Program-made: the position numbers and the translations under genes
In this document: positions 50,483-61,452 of the stretch, piece after piece
Layout: each line of letters opens with the position of its first letter
Numbering within the stretch: position 1 is the first letter of the stretch
Source of the DNA: Anthoceros angustus
Lineage: Eukaryota; Plantae; Anthocerotophyta
Reading direction: 5' to 3'
Assembly: GCA_010909165.1 (NCBI GenBank)
Contig: MU008170.1
Location: 1,426,001 to 1,490,000 of the forward strand
DNA: 64,000 nucleotides
Notes under the pieces: generated by a model
What the model was told of the DNA's origin: nothing
Database searches by the model: none
The model's input: only the letters and a program-made list of their open reading frames with translations

Positions 50483-52128
50483 ATGGCCCTCTCCACCAAC
50501 CAATCGTCGCAATTCCATGCGACCTTGCGATGTTGCGCCAAGACGCCACTTGCGGTCGCTGCCTTGCCAGTCGCCCACTGCACCCCGCGGTCTCCAGCCC
50601 GGGCTCTCTCGCCACCTGCTCTGCCAGCGCAGAGCAGGAAATGCCGGCAGCTGGAGCTGCAGCTTCCTCGACATCGATATCGCCACTCCCTCGCCATCGC
50701 CCGAGCTGCACTTTCTGGGCTGGCCGCACAGGAGGATGTGGAGAAGGTGGTGGAAGAGCCCGCGAACTGGACGAAAGCACAGAGGGCGGTGGTGGACAGG
50801 ACCCTGGACCTGGCCAACCTGAAGCCATCTCCAGCCCGGCGGAAGGAGCTGGTCGAACAGGCCCGCGCCGGGGCGGAAATCGGCTTCTTCTACGTGAAGA
50901 ACTTCGGGGTGGATCAGTCCCTCCTGGACGAGGTCCGGGCCGAGTCCGAGCTTTTCTTCGCCCAGTCTTTGGAGGAGAGGGCCAAGACGCGGTCCGTGCT
51001 CGCCGTCCAGGACGACGGGCGGGCGTACGGCTACGCCGCCGACTTCGCCTGCAACAGGGATAACCGCGGGCCAGCCGCAGCCATCTCGGAGCCCAAGATC
51101 CGGGAAACGTTCCGGATCCGAATGTACCCGGAGAACACCCGGATCCCGGAGTCCTGGCCTCCCGCCATGCCCCGTTTGAAGGAAAAGCTCTCCCTGTACG
51201 GGGAACGCGTCCACGCTGCTGCCCACTTCATCGCAGGCCTGCTCCTGGAAGGCCTGGGCCTCCCGGAGTCCTACATCACCGACACGTACGGGCCGCTGCT
51301 GCTCAACTTGCTGGTCGCCAGGCGCCGGTCGGTGGAACGCGGCCTGCCCACGCACGTCGACACCAACCTCTTCAACCTCATCCTCTTCGACGGCGTGAGG
51401 GGCCTGCAGTTCTACGTGGACGGGGAGTGGATCACCACGCCGTCGCTCACGGATCGGGCCCTGTTCAACATCGGGGAGGATTTCGAGGTCGGTGTTGTCA
51501 TGGGAGTTGTTTACACAAGGGTTGAAGGAGAGAATTGGATTGAAGGAAGTTTGAGACGAATGGCCTGGATGTGTGTGTGACCGTAGCATTGCATCCACCC
51601 ATCGAACTCCCACTAGGAAATCCAAAGAGCTAGAGCCCAGAAAGAAAACAGGGAGTGCAGTGCGCCCAGAAAACTGAGACGACCACACTGCATGCATTCA
51701 GATGTTGCAAATGTTTCCCACCGTCAAGCATACAACATGCATGGATGGTATGTGATTGATGAATGTACGTGTCACTGAGTGGATTGCAGACTTTGAGCAA
51801 CGGGAGGTACCACGGCATCTACCACAGAGTTTCGGCGGGACCTCGGATCCGGCAGACGCTGCTCACCACAGTCGATGTTGGGCGGGAGGAGATCATTGCG
51901 CCCGCGCCGCAACTCCTCAACGCCCAGAATCCTGCTCGATACAAGGCCAGAAAGCAGGGGGACAGGACCTCGGACCTGCTTTATGCGCTTCAGAACTCGC
52001 TGAAGCATGACATGACCAAAACCACGATCGTCGTCGATCCCGACCACCACCTCGACTACACCAAGAACGTGTATCATCACGGATCAGAGGAGAAGCTCTA
52101 CATGAATGGTGTGCCGGTGCTGGATTAG
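50483..52128 (+). CDS. 2-oxoglutarate/Fe(II)-dependent dioxygenase (DOXC-like) with probable plastid transit peptide; exons 50483-51487 and 51790-52128
   Basis: A.AEIGFFYVKNFGV (DIOX_N), PTHVD (HxD), GLQFYVDGEW, NIGEDFE|TLSNGRYHGIYHRV (distal His), RQT at the RxS position. Phase-0 GT-AG intron. Ala/Arg/Ser/Pro-rich N-terminus. Confidence 0.9.
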
Positions 52129-52667
52129 CCTATGAATAGGCTACTCACATGTACAGACCAGAGCTTGAAATCTATGTTTTGTTGATTCCCCCACCACTTG
52201 TGTGAGAGGTTAGCTGGAGTGCTAATCCTGATTTCATTCCTGTGAATTATTGCTCAAGTCTATAAATGTTAAGGAATACCATTGTCACCCCTTGTAACAC
52301 GCAGTATGGGCTTTCAATGTCACACTTTTATGTGTGTAACAAAAGATTGTGGTAAAGTGTGTGACAAACCTATTATATTCTAGTAGTGACATATATAAGT
52401 AGCTTATGTAGAAATATTATTATCGATCATTGGCTGCAAGCGAGAATGAAGGGGATGAAGGCTATATATTGGGCACAAGTTAGCAAGAATTGTGACTATA
52501 TATGGATCAACATCGTATACAGATATGTGGATTAGCGGTGTTTGGCTATATGAGATATCAAATGTAAAGAGGGAACCATTCACATCTCGCACCTTGTCTT
52601 TGTCTTTGCAAGCTGGATTTGATTGTGTTCTTGGTCAGGAGACTGGGATGTGCTCTGCGGAACTAGA

Positions 52668-52760
52668 AGTCTGTTTGGGGCACTAGCGAAGTCTGTTTGG
52701 GGCACTAGCGTAGTCTGTTTGAGGCAGTAGCATAGTTTGTTTGTGACACTAGCATAGTTT
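52668..52760. repeat. 22-bp tandem repeat x4
   Basis: AGTCTGTTTGGGGCACTAGCGA and variants upstream of the RING ORF. Confidence 0.8.
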
Positions 52761-52865
52761 ATTTTGTGTTTCTTTTCAAAGCTGAAGCTCGACGCCCTAA
52801 GCTGCCATATTTGGTTTTTTTTTTTTGTGTGTAAGCCATTTTCATCTTAGACTTGGCAATTGGTA

Positions 52866-53552
52866 ATGGACACCTCTACTACTGCTATGCAATGCAACAC
52901 AGACATAGAGCTTGAACAACCGATTGAGGACCTAGTACGGAACATAGAGCTTGAAGAGCCTGTTGAGAACCCACTAAACGTAGAGCTTGAACAACCAATT
53001 GCGGATGGTTCAAGTCACGATAGAGAAAATCAAGCAGCTGGAGTTGCGGAACTTGGTCAATACAAGTATGGCATGTGCATCGTTCGCATAAATTATAACA
53101 AAAAATCTAATACATTGGAGGAATCCAATGACAATTTAAGTGAGTTGGAACTCTATGGATTTCAAAACATTAAGGAAGAATTGTATGAATCAATTTTTCA
53201 ACGAAGATTAGACACAGATAGTAATTATTTGACATTATATGTGTCACCACCAACACCAAATATGCAACCTATACTTTTTATGTCTATACCTCAAACTCTC
53301 TACATGACTACAGATACTGTGGATGATTGTAAGATCATAGTATTGTGTGAAGAAGACATTGTATTAATGCTCATGTCCTCATCAGTTGAAATTTGTTCAA
53401 TTTGTTTAGAATGCCCTCCTCCAAGACATGTTATATATCTGTGCCCTTGCTGTAAACATCCATTTCACATAGAATGTCTCTTGAGATGGTTATATTACAA
53501 TACTTCATGTCCGCTTTGTAGGAAGAAGATTGCTCAACCTATTTACATGTAG
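52866..53552 (+). CDS. Intronless RING-H2 finger protein
   Basis: C-terminal CSICLE...PCCKHPFHIECLLRWLYYNTSCPLCR; N-terminal IELEQP repeat x3; AT-rich; ATG at 52866. Confidence 0.75.
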   Translation: MDTSTTAMQCNTDIELEQPIEDLVRNIELEEPVENPLNVELEQPIADGSSHDRENQAAGVAELGQYKYGMCIVRINYNKKSNTLEESNDNLSELELYGFQNIKEELYESIFQRRLDTDSNYLTLYVSPPTPNMQPILFMSIPQTLYMTTDTVDDCKIIVLCEEDIVLMLMSSSVEICSICLECPPPRHVIYLCPCCKHPFHIECLLRWLYYNTSCPLCRKKIAQPIYM

Positions 53553-54049
53553 TAATGGTGATATGAAAAAAAGTTGTAGGAATTTGTTTAGTAAACCTTT
53601 GGTGTACATAAAAATTGTAGTAAACAAATCTTGCAATAATACACATTGGATAAATGGTTACAGCAAATTCATATCCCTTAAGGAGCCGACATAGATGGCA
53701 TGTGGCGCAATGCATGATGTGTCAGAAAGATCTACTACATAAATGTTTTCATAATGCCATTATAATCTCATAATGATTATAGTAATTTAAAGTAAATATA
53801 AGTATGAACGATTTCTCAATTATCATCCTAATCTGCTTTGTATCATTCCAATTTTATTATGAGATGTCACTAAAAACATATATTATTAATTATGATCTAT
53901 CGAAAAAACCACCCCTTTCAAAATTAACTATTGTTAGGCACGTACGTCGGCTAACCCTATGGCGAGGAAAGTCATCCTACGAGTAAAGGAAAACTAAACT
54001 ATAATCATATGCTGCATCTTGCGTCTTGCGTCTTCTATGCTTGCTCCAC

Positions 54050-55010
54050 ACATCTGGACATCGGAGTGTAAGTTGGACACAACCAATACATCAGTGCTCA
54101 GCATGTGTAGGTTCTGTGTTTCAAAAATTGCTGACATAGCCAGGAGGCAGGAGCCAAATTGCAAATAGCCTGGCAGGCAGGAGAGAGCACAGACGAGCAA
54201 GCTGTCAAGAGTTTTGCAGCCCAGCAGTCCTGCCTGTCCTGGCGTGCCCAATAACCATCCAAGCTACCACAAATAATTCTTACTGGCAAAGCTGTGAAGA
54301 GCCTGGATTGGATCTTTCAGCTCAGAACATTTTGCGTACATGTCCACCAGCTGCAGGCAGGTGGCCACCACAGATGCCATCCAGCAGTCTTTTGTTGAAG
54401 ATCCGTGTGTGGAGTTGCCTGCCCAACTGAAGCGCACTAGACTAGTGCTTACACAGGTGGTGAGAAGACCAGCAAAAGTAACATGGTGAGCCAGGGTGAA
54501 GCCCTCCTGCTCCATATGTCCATGCGGGGCATCCCATGTCATCACATTGCTGTGTTCATGTTGTTAAGACCCGGCGTGCAAGTTAAGAGGAATGGCACTG
54601 TGCAACACAGCGCAGTGGACACTCTTGCTATAAGCATTCGCACCAGGCTATAAGGATTTTTGCCTTTCGTGTCCAGACATCACTCTGCACGCCCCTGGCA
54701 GACTAGGACGAGTGCAAGATAGCAAATCTGTGCTCTCGAATATCAACGACTTCTCTCTCAGGAAGCTTCACAGCTGTTGCAAAGGCCTTCTCGAAAAACA
54801 CCCGTTTGCTCAAAGAAGAGAAGGCCGACTTGGATCTCATCCTCAAACGAATTAGGTCACCACGTTCCCATTCCACAATCCGTCAACTACTTGTCGTGCA
54901 TCTGGAAGGCTCCCACATTTGGCATAGATAGACAGTGCGCCTACAGATCAACCAGACAGTTGGTCACAAAGACATCGTTTCTAAACTTCTGCCGGCTTCA
55001 GCATGACAAG
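54050..55010 (-). pseudogene. Degenerate PPR pseudogene
   Basis: FRNDVFVTNCLVDL*..YAKCGSLPDARQVVDG...VVT*, VHCAVLHSAIPLN and LVDMYAKCSELKD, with stops and frameshifts. Similar to the PPR gene at 46-47 kb. Confidence 0.8.
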
Positions 55011-55487
55011 CCTTCCTCTTCCGTAAATAGCTCAGTTTGAGAGGCCGCCCATCAATCAGCTTCTCCTCTTCATTGGCTGCTACTATCAGTCCTCACCCTG
55101 ATATGTAGACTGATACATGCTTTAGCACGTTCACAAAGGTCCATTTGTCTGGGCATTTGGAAGCAAAGTTAACGGCTGTTTCAGCTGCCACCCGGACGTC
55201 AGGAGGACCGGCCAAAGGAGAAGACGAGGACAGCGACAGAGGCGTTGCCTGCCTCAACAAACTTCGAACCCATCGACGGGATCTGGCTACCTTCTGGTTG
55301 CCCTCTCAGGGCTTGGGGCGAAGCCGCGAGGGTATATATATGCATATAGGTCTACTTACCGTTGGTGTAGGTATCTAGAACAGATATCAAGCAGGTTGAC
55401 GACCTGAAATATTTGAGCCCTGTGAAGCCGCGGTGTCGAGGGTGCTGCGAGCTGGATCCTTTGCGGGTAGAGAAGGAGCTGACGGGC

Positions 55488-57297
55488 ATGGCAACGGTGG
55501 CCGCAGAAGCTGCTGCGCAGCCAGTTGCAGATGACTACCAGATAGACTGCGGCAACCTACTTATCTTCCAGCCAAGAGACGTGGAAATTCCGTCCAGCTC
55601 CACCCAGTAAGCACGTCTTGGGCTGACACTGATCTGCGTGACGGTTCCGGTTGTAGAGCTGATGGCAGGGCTGCCTTCTGGTGCAACATGACCAATTGTT
55701 TGCTGCTGTTCTTGTTTGGGGGAAGGGTAGAGAGGAGTGCGACCGTGCGTGCCTGCAGAGTGCTACGTCGCTGGTGCAGGCTCTAGCCAACAGCTTGTTC
55801 AGTCTCCCCTGTACTGTTGACAGAAGCGGCAGGATTGCGTCCCTGCCTGAGCCAACAACCAGGCTTCCTCGAGAAAAACCGGTGAGATTGGGTCGGCATT
55901 GGGTGCGTGAGGGTGTGTGATGTGCTGACCTTGATTACAGATTTCTGAGGGTTGGAGGATTTGTTTGTGGTTGCAGTTGCCCAAGCCAAGGCCTCCGACG
56001 AAGTGGGAGCTCTTTGCCCAAAAGAAGGGTAGGTTTTATTTTTCCGCCGTCTAGGGTCTAGTTGGTGGACATTTTGAAATTCGTAGCTTATTTCCGGCAT
56101 GGACAGGCATTCAAAAGCGGAAGAGGAGCAAGCTAGAATATGACGATAATTCTCAAGAATGGAGGAGGAGGTACGGGTACAAGAGGGTTGCAGATGAAAA
56201 CGAAATACCCATTATCGAGGCTAAGCCAACCGATGGTACTGTTCTTTTTGCTGACTCTAGAATGTGGGCTTTACTGCTGAGAATCTGGCGCCTCCCTGCA
56301 GTTCAGAAGTATTGAAAGGCCAGTTTCATCTTTTGATTTCAAGATTCTGTCTCTAGTTTCTGCCCTCATTTGAACTTGCCTGCTGATCCTTATCAGATCC
56401 GAATGAGGATCCATTCGCAAAAAACAGAGCTGCCAAGAAACAACGTGTGGCAAAGAACGAAACCAACAGGTTGCAAAATCTGAAGCAGGCTGCCAAGGCT
56501 GGTGGAAAGGGAGCTTTACCAAGGTTTGTCTTCAACACCAACGTCAACAAGTTGCTGTGGAACGTTGCTGCAAGGATTGACTCGTTAGTCGTACCATCCA
56601 TGTGGCAGCACTTTGCAGCTAGCGGCAACTCAGGTACCGATCACAGGTGTTAAGGAGCCTGTGAAGAGACTCAGTAAGGATCAAATAGGTCATGCTGCCG
56701 GTCTTGCTGCCACTGCCACAGCGAGTATTGGCAAGTTTGACAAAAAGCTTCCCGGAGAAAAGGCTGCCAAGCACCAGGGAAAACACAGGAAGGTGAGAAT
56801 CAAAGTGCCTCTTTTCTGTCAACGTTGATGCTTGTGTCTTGCTGTCATTTCATTTTGAGCAAAGCGTGTATTCGGGATTGCAGTTTCTTCCAGTAGCTCC
56901 AGCACGAGGAAATGGAGGTCAAGAGAAGCTCCAGATGCAGAGTGTGCTCGATAAAGTCATTTCTCGCCATGATACAGGGATGCTGGATGTTAACAAGGTA
57001 CCGTTTTGTGAACAGTAGTCCATCACACCTTGTCTCCCTGCTTGCACCGTCTCTGACCGTTGTCTATTGCTTCAACAGGCTGTGAGTGCCTACAAGGTTC
57101 AAGAAGAAGGACAGCGAGCCAAGGAAAATGTGGCCAACGGTGGGAAGAAAAGGAAGTTTTCTTCCAAGGGACGTTCTGGTAAGGGAGCAGGTGGTGGAAA
57201 ACGAGGAGCAGGGGCAGGTTCAGGGAAAGGAAAAGGAAAATTTGCAGCCACTGCCGCCAGTGGCAAAGGCCAGAAGCAGAAAAGGGCTAAACGATAG
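55488..57297 (+). CDS. RRS1: Ribosome biogenesis regulatory protein RRS1, multi-exon
   Basis: [22 protein letters not shown]|[18 protein letters not shown]|IQKRKRSK...[31 protein letters not shown], basic C-terminus; GT-AG introns. Confidence 0.95.
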
Positions 57298-57377
57298 TTG
57301 CACAAATAGTAGGATCTTGCAGGAACAATTTTACCATCTTTGAGTGGTTAGCACATGTGCAGTCTCAAGAGATTGTA

Positions 57378-60300
57378 CAGTCGGGAATGAAAGCACCAAA
57401 GCAGACATGAGTTAGAAAATGAGGTTGAAATGTTCTTAAGATGGTGCCCACGGAAGCTCCGACACATCGCCACAGCTGACTCATGGGTGAAGCTCCAACA
57501 CAGGGGCACAACATATACATTTCTGCACCAATTTCGTGACGGAATCAATGATATGAACTGAAATATCACAAGTCGTGAATTATATTCCGGCACGAGGGGA
57601 ATATAGTCCGTCAACGCAGGCCTATATGCAGTCGTTTGCAACCTGCAAGAGCCAGCTTTTGTGTGCACAGTCTGACTACGCACACTATTAGGCTGACGAC
57701 GAACCGAGACGCCAATTGTTCCGAAGAGTGTGCTGATGTCGCCAGTGCCGCCGACGCGTGGCTACCTCATACTCCTGCCATCGCTTTCCTGCCAGCACGA
57801 GGCGTGAGGCTTAGGTCTGCAAAGCACAAGAGTTGCTTCACCTTGGCCTAAAAGCAGAGGAGGAAGTGACGCCGTGCAAGATCAGCCAGACCGAGACGAC
57901 CCGTAATGGACCGTCTTGGCATCTACCTGACGTTGAAGCATGTCAAAGTCCGGAGTAAGTACAACCGTTCTCCCGTACCGATAGAGATCCCAAGCCATCA
58001 ATTGGTCTCCTGAAGTGGTTGTTAGATGGATATAAGAAATTCTCGCTGCAGAGCCCACAACCTGAAAGTGAATTGTGACAGGTGGGGGACTTCCGTCCTC
58101 AAGCGGTCTCAACTGAACTTGCCCACGGTACTTCCAGGCAGAGCTCCTGGTCCGGCACCCTCCGCACGAGACTTGATGTTGCGTTGTCCATCTCGATCAA
58201 GACAGACGGCCCGTGCACCCGAAGGAGAGCAGCATGGCATCCCCGCGTGAGGGTAGTGAGCTGGTTCGTCACCTCTTGCTTTGAAGCTACTGGTGGCCTG
58301 ATGGTTCACGCCGGCTGCATTCCATTGTAATTCTCCTATCTGCTGCCCACATGAGGAGAAAAAGCTGACGTGTGAGAGATGCCAACACCCCATTATATTG
58401 TGAAGAGCTCCCAGATCTGCCCACATATGCACCCCGTCTACAAAGTGCTCCCTTGGCAGTGTCCCTCACGGAGATTGCATCTCTCACAACCCATTTCTGT
58501 ACCCAGCCTATGCAGTACGGGGTTCCAACCTACGCATGTATGTACTGCTCGCCCAATTAGCCCTGGCTGGCGGTTGCCATCTGCTTTTCACACACATCCA
58601 CAAAAGCAAACTGACTACTTCACGCAAAGTACACCAGACTATCATCCCCTTGTGCATCCAGTAAGTGGAGCTCCCGTCATGCCACCCACCTGGGCTTCAC
58701 TCACAACAAAACAAAACAAACTGTCCAGAAAACGTCAAAATGTGTACCAAGTCTGCAGCATGTGTGAGATCAAGGTTTTAAATCACACTGTTCGTGTCGT
58801 CTGTACTGCACGGCCACCGTACTCATCCATCCATGTGAAATAAATTATACCCTGCGTGTCAGACCAAGCCAAGCCAAGCCAACCTGGCTCCACAACCCGA
58901 TTCCGCCAACCCTAACCCTAACCCTAACCCAACCCACAAACACCTCATCCGGATTCCTTCACACTGTATGTCCGCATGTAAAGCAACATCCTTTGGTGCG
59001 ATGCACAATGCCGAATGCATCCAAATAGCACAGTCGGGAATGAAAGCACCAAAGCAGACATGAGTTAGAAAATGAGGTTGAAATGTTCTTAAGATGGTGC
59101 CCACGGAAGCTCCGACACATCATACAGCTGACTCATGGGTGAAGCTCCAACACAGGGCACAACATATACATTTCTGCACCAATTTCGTGACGGAATCAAT
59201 GATATGAACTGAAAATATCACAAGTCGTGAATTATATTCCGGCACGAGGGAATATAGTCCGTCAACGCAGGCCTATATGCAGTCGTTGCAACCTGCAAGA
59301 GCCAGCTTTTGTGTGCACAGTCTGACTACGCACACTATTAGGCTGACGACGAACCGAGACGCCAATTGTTCCGAAGAGTGTGCTGATGTCGCCAGTGCCG
59401 CCGACGCGTGGCTACCTCATACTCCTGCCATCGCTTTCCTGCCAGCACGAGGCGTGAGGCTTAGGTCTGCAAAGCACAAGAGTTGCTTCACCTTGGCCTA
59501 AAAGCAGAGGAGGAAGTGACGCCGTGCAAGATCAGCCAGACCGAGACGACCCGTAATGGACCGTCTTGGCATCTACCTGACGTTGAAGCATGTCAAAGTC
59601 CGGAGTAAGTACAACCGTTCTCCCGTACCGATAGAGATCCCAAGCCATCAATTGGTCTCCTGAAGTGGTTGTTAGATGGATATAAGAAATTCTCGCTGCA
59701 GAGCCCACAACCTGAAAGTGAATTGTGACAGGTGGGGACTTCCGTCCTCAAGCGGTCTCAACTGAACTTGCCCACGGTACTTCCAGGCAGAGCTCCTGGT
59801 CCGGCACCCTCCGCACGAGACTTGATGTTGCGTTGTCCATCTCGATCAAGACAGACGGCCCGTGCACCCGAAGGAGAGCAGCATGGCATCCCGCGTGAGG
59901 GTAGTGAGCTGGTTCGTCACCTCTTGCTTTGAAGCTACTGGTGGCCTGATGGTTCACGCCGGCTGCATTCCATTGTAATTCTCCTATCTGCTGCCCACAT
60001 GAGGAGAAAAGCTGACGTGTGAGAGATGCCAACACCCCATTATATTGTGAAGAGCTCCCAGATCTGCCCACATATGCACCCCGTCTACAAAGTGCTCCCT
60101 TGGCAGTGTCCCTCACGGAGATTGCATCTCTCACAACCCATTTCTGTACCCAGCCTATGCAGTACGGGGTTCCAACCTACGCATGTATGTACTGCTCGCC
60201 CAATTAGCCCTGGCTGGCGGTTGCCATCTGCTTTTCACACACATCCACAAAAGCAAACTGACTACTTCACGCAAAGTACACCAGACTATCATCCCCTTGT

Positions 60301-60680
60301 GCATCCAGTAAGTGGAGCTCCCGTCATGCCACCCACCTGGGCTTCACTCACAACAAAAACAAAACAAACTGTCCAGAAAACGTCAAAATGTGTACCAAGT
60401 CTGCAGCATGTGTGAGATCAAGGTTTTTAAATCACACTGTTCGTGTCGTCTGTACTGCACGGCCACCGTACTCATCCATCCCATGTGAAATAAATTATAC
60501 CCTGCGTGTCAGACCAAGCCAAGCCAAGCCAACCTGGCTCCACAACCCGATTCCGCCAACCCTAACCCTAACCCTAACACAACCCACAAACACCTCATCC
60601 GGATTCCTTCACACTGTATGTCCGCATGTAAAGCAACATCCTTTGGTGCGATGCACAATGCCGAATGCATCCAAATAGCA
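57378..60680. repeat. ~1.65-kb near-identical tandem duplication (57378-59030 / 59031-60680)
   Basis: Both copies start CAGTCGGGAATGAAAGCACC and end CCAAATAGCA; differences are mostly homopolymer-length indels. Confidence 0.93.
57765..58340 (-). other. Possible 3' exons of an unidentified gene (duplicated at ~59415-59990)
   Basis: TTTCAG|VVGSAARISYIHLTTTSGDQLMAWDLYRYGRTVVLTPDFDMLQRQ|GTAGAT...TTTTAG|AKVKQLLCFADLSL...* is splice- and phase-compatible. Confidence 0.3.
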
Positions 60681-61452
60681 CACCAAGCAAAACGCAAGAG
60701 GACAGTGGCTGCTGTCAGTCACACATGCCTTGTCTCATCAGCTGCACCATCGCTGCTCTACTCCCGAACCCTCTCAAGCTTGATCGGCATCGACAACAAC
60801 GCAAGCGCCTCGAAGGAAGCACGCGGCGCATGTGAGGGCCCGCCTCTCGGATCCATGTCCATGACGCCACCAGATACCTCGAATCTGCGTAGCAAACACT
60901 TGGCATTGTCCAGTTTCTCTAATTTTAGCACGACCACATCTCGGAGACTGCTGCCACTGTGTGCCCCTTTGCTACCTCTAGGGTTTAAAGCAGCACCTGC
61001 ATCAGTCAAATGCACAACCTCGTTCCTTGACCTGGGACTCCGGCACGTGATGATTGACGCCAACTATTCTACAATTTCTACTCTAAACGTGCTAAAATAC
61101 CGTATGCTCGGCTTACATACAGACAGACATACATGTACATACGAAGCATGGCCATCAATACAGGAACTGCAAGCCTCCATGAAATCACCTCGAGGTGCTT
61201 CAAGTATTGGGGTCATGTCACATGTGGGTATTTGGGGCGCAGATTGATCATGTTGAGCTGCCTTGCTTCCTTCCTTACGGATTTGGGCTTTCAAAAGTGT
61301 GAAAAGACATCAAAAGCTCTTTGTTTAATAAGGAAAAAAAACCATGGGAAGAAGCCCATCCAGCATGGGACAACCAAGGAGGACCCCCGAGGGACAAGAT
61401 GAAATAGGAGCAACTAAGCTCTCTACCTAAAGCTACCTACTGCTCTCAAAAG

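Noticed and set aside
50372-51697. 441-aa minus-strand ORF
   Set aside because: Antisense shadow of the GC-rich dioxygenase exon.
58908-58930. (AACCCT)3 as an interstitial telomere or telomerase RNA template (copy at ~60558)
   Set aside because: Only about 3.5 units, with no supporting promoter or structure; compatible with a simple microsatellite.
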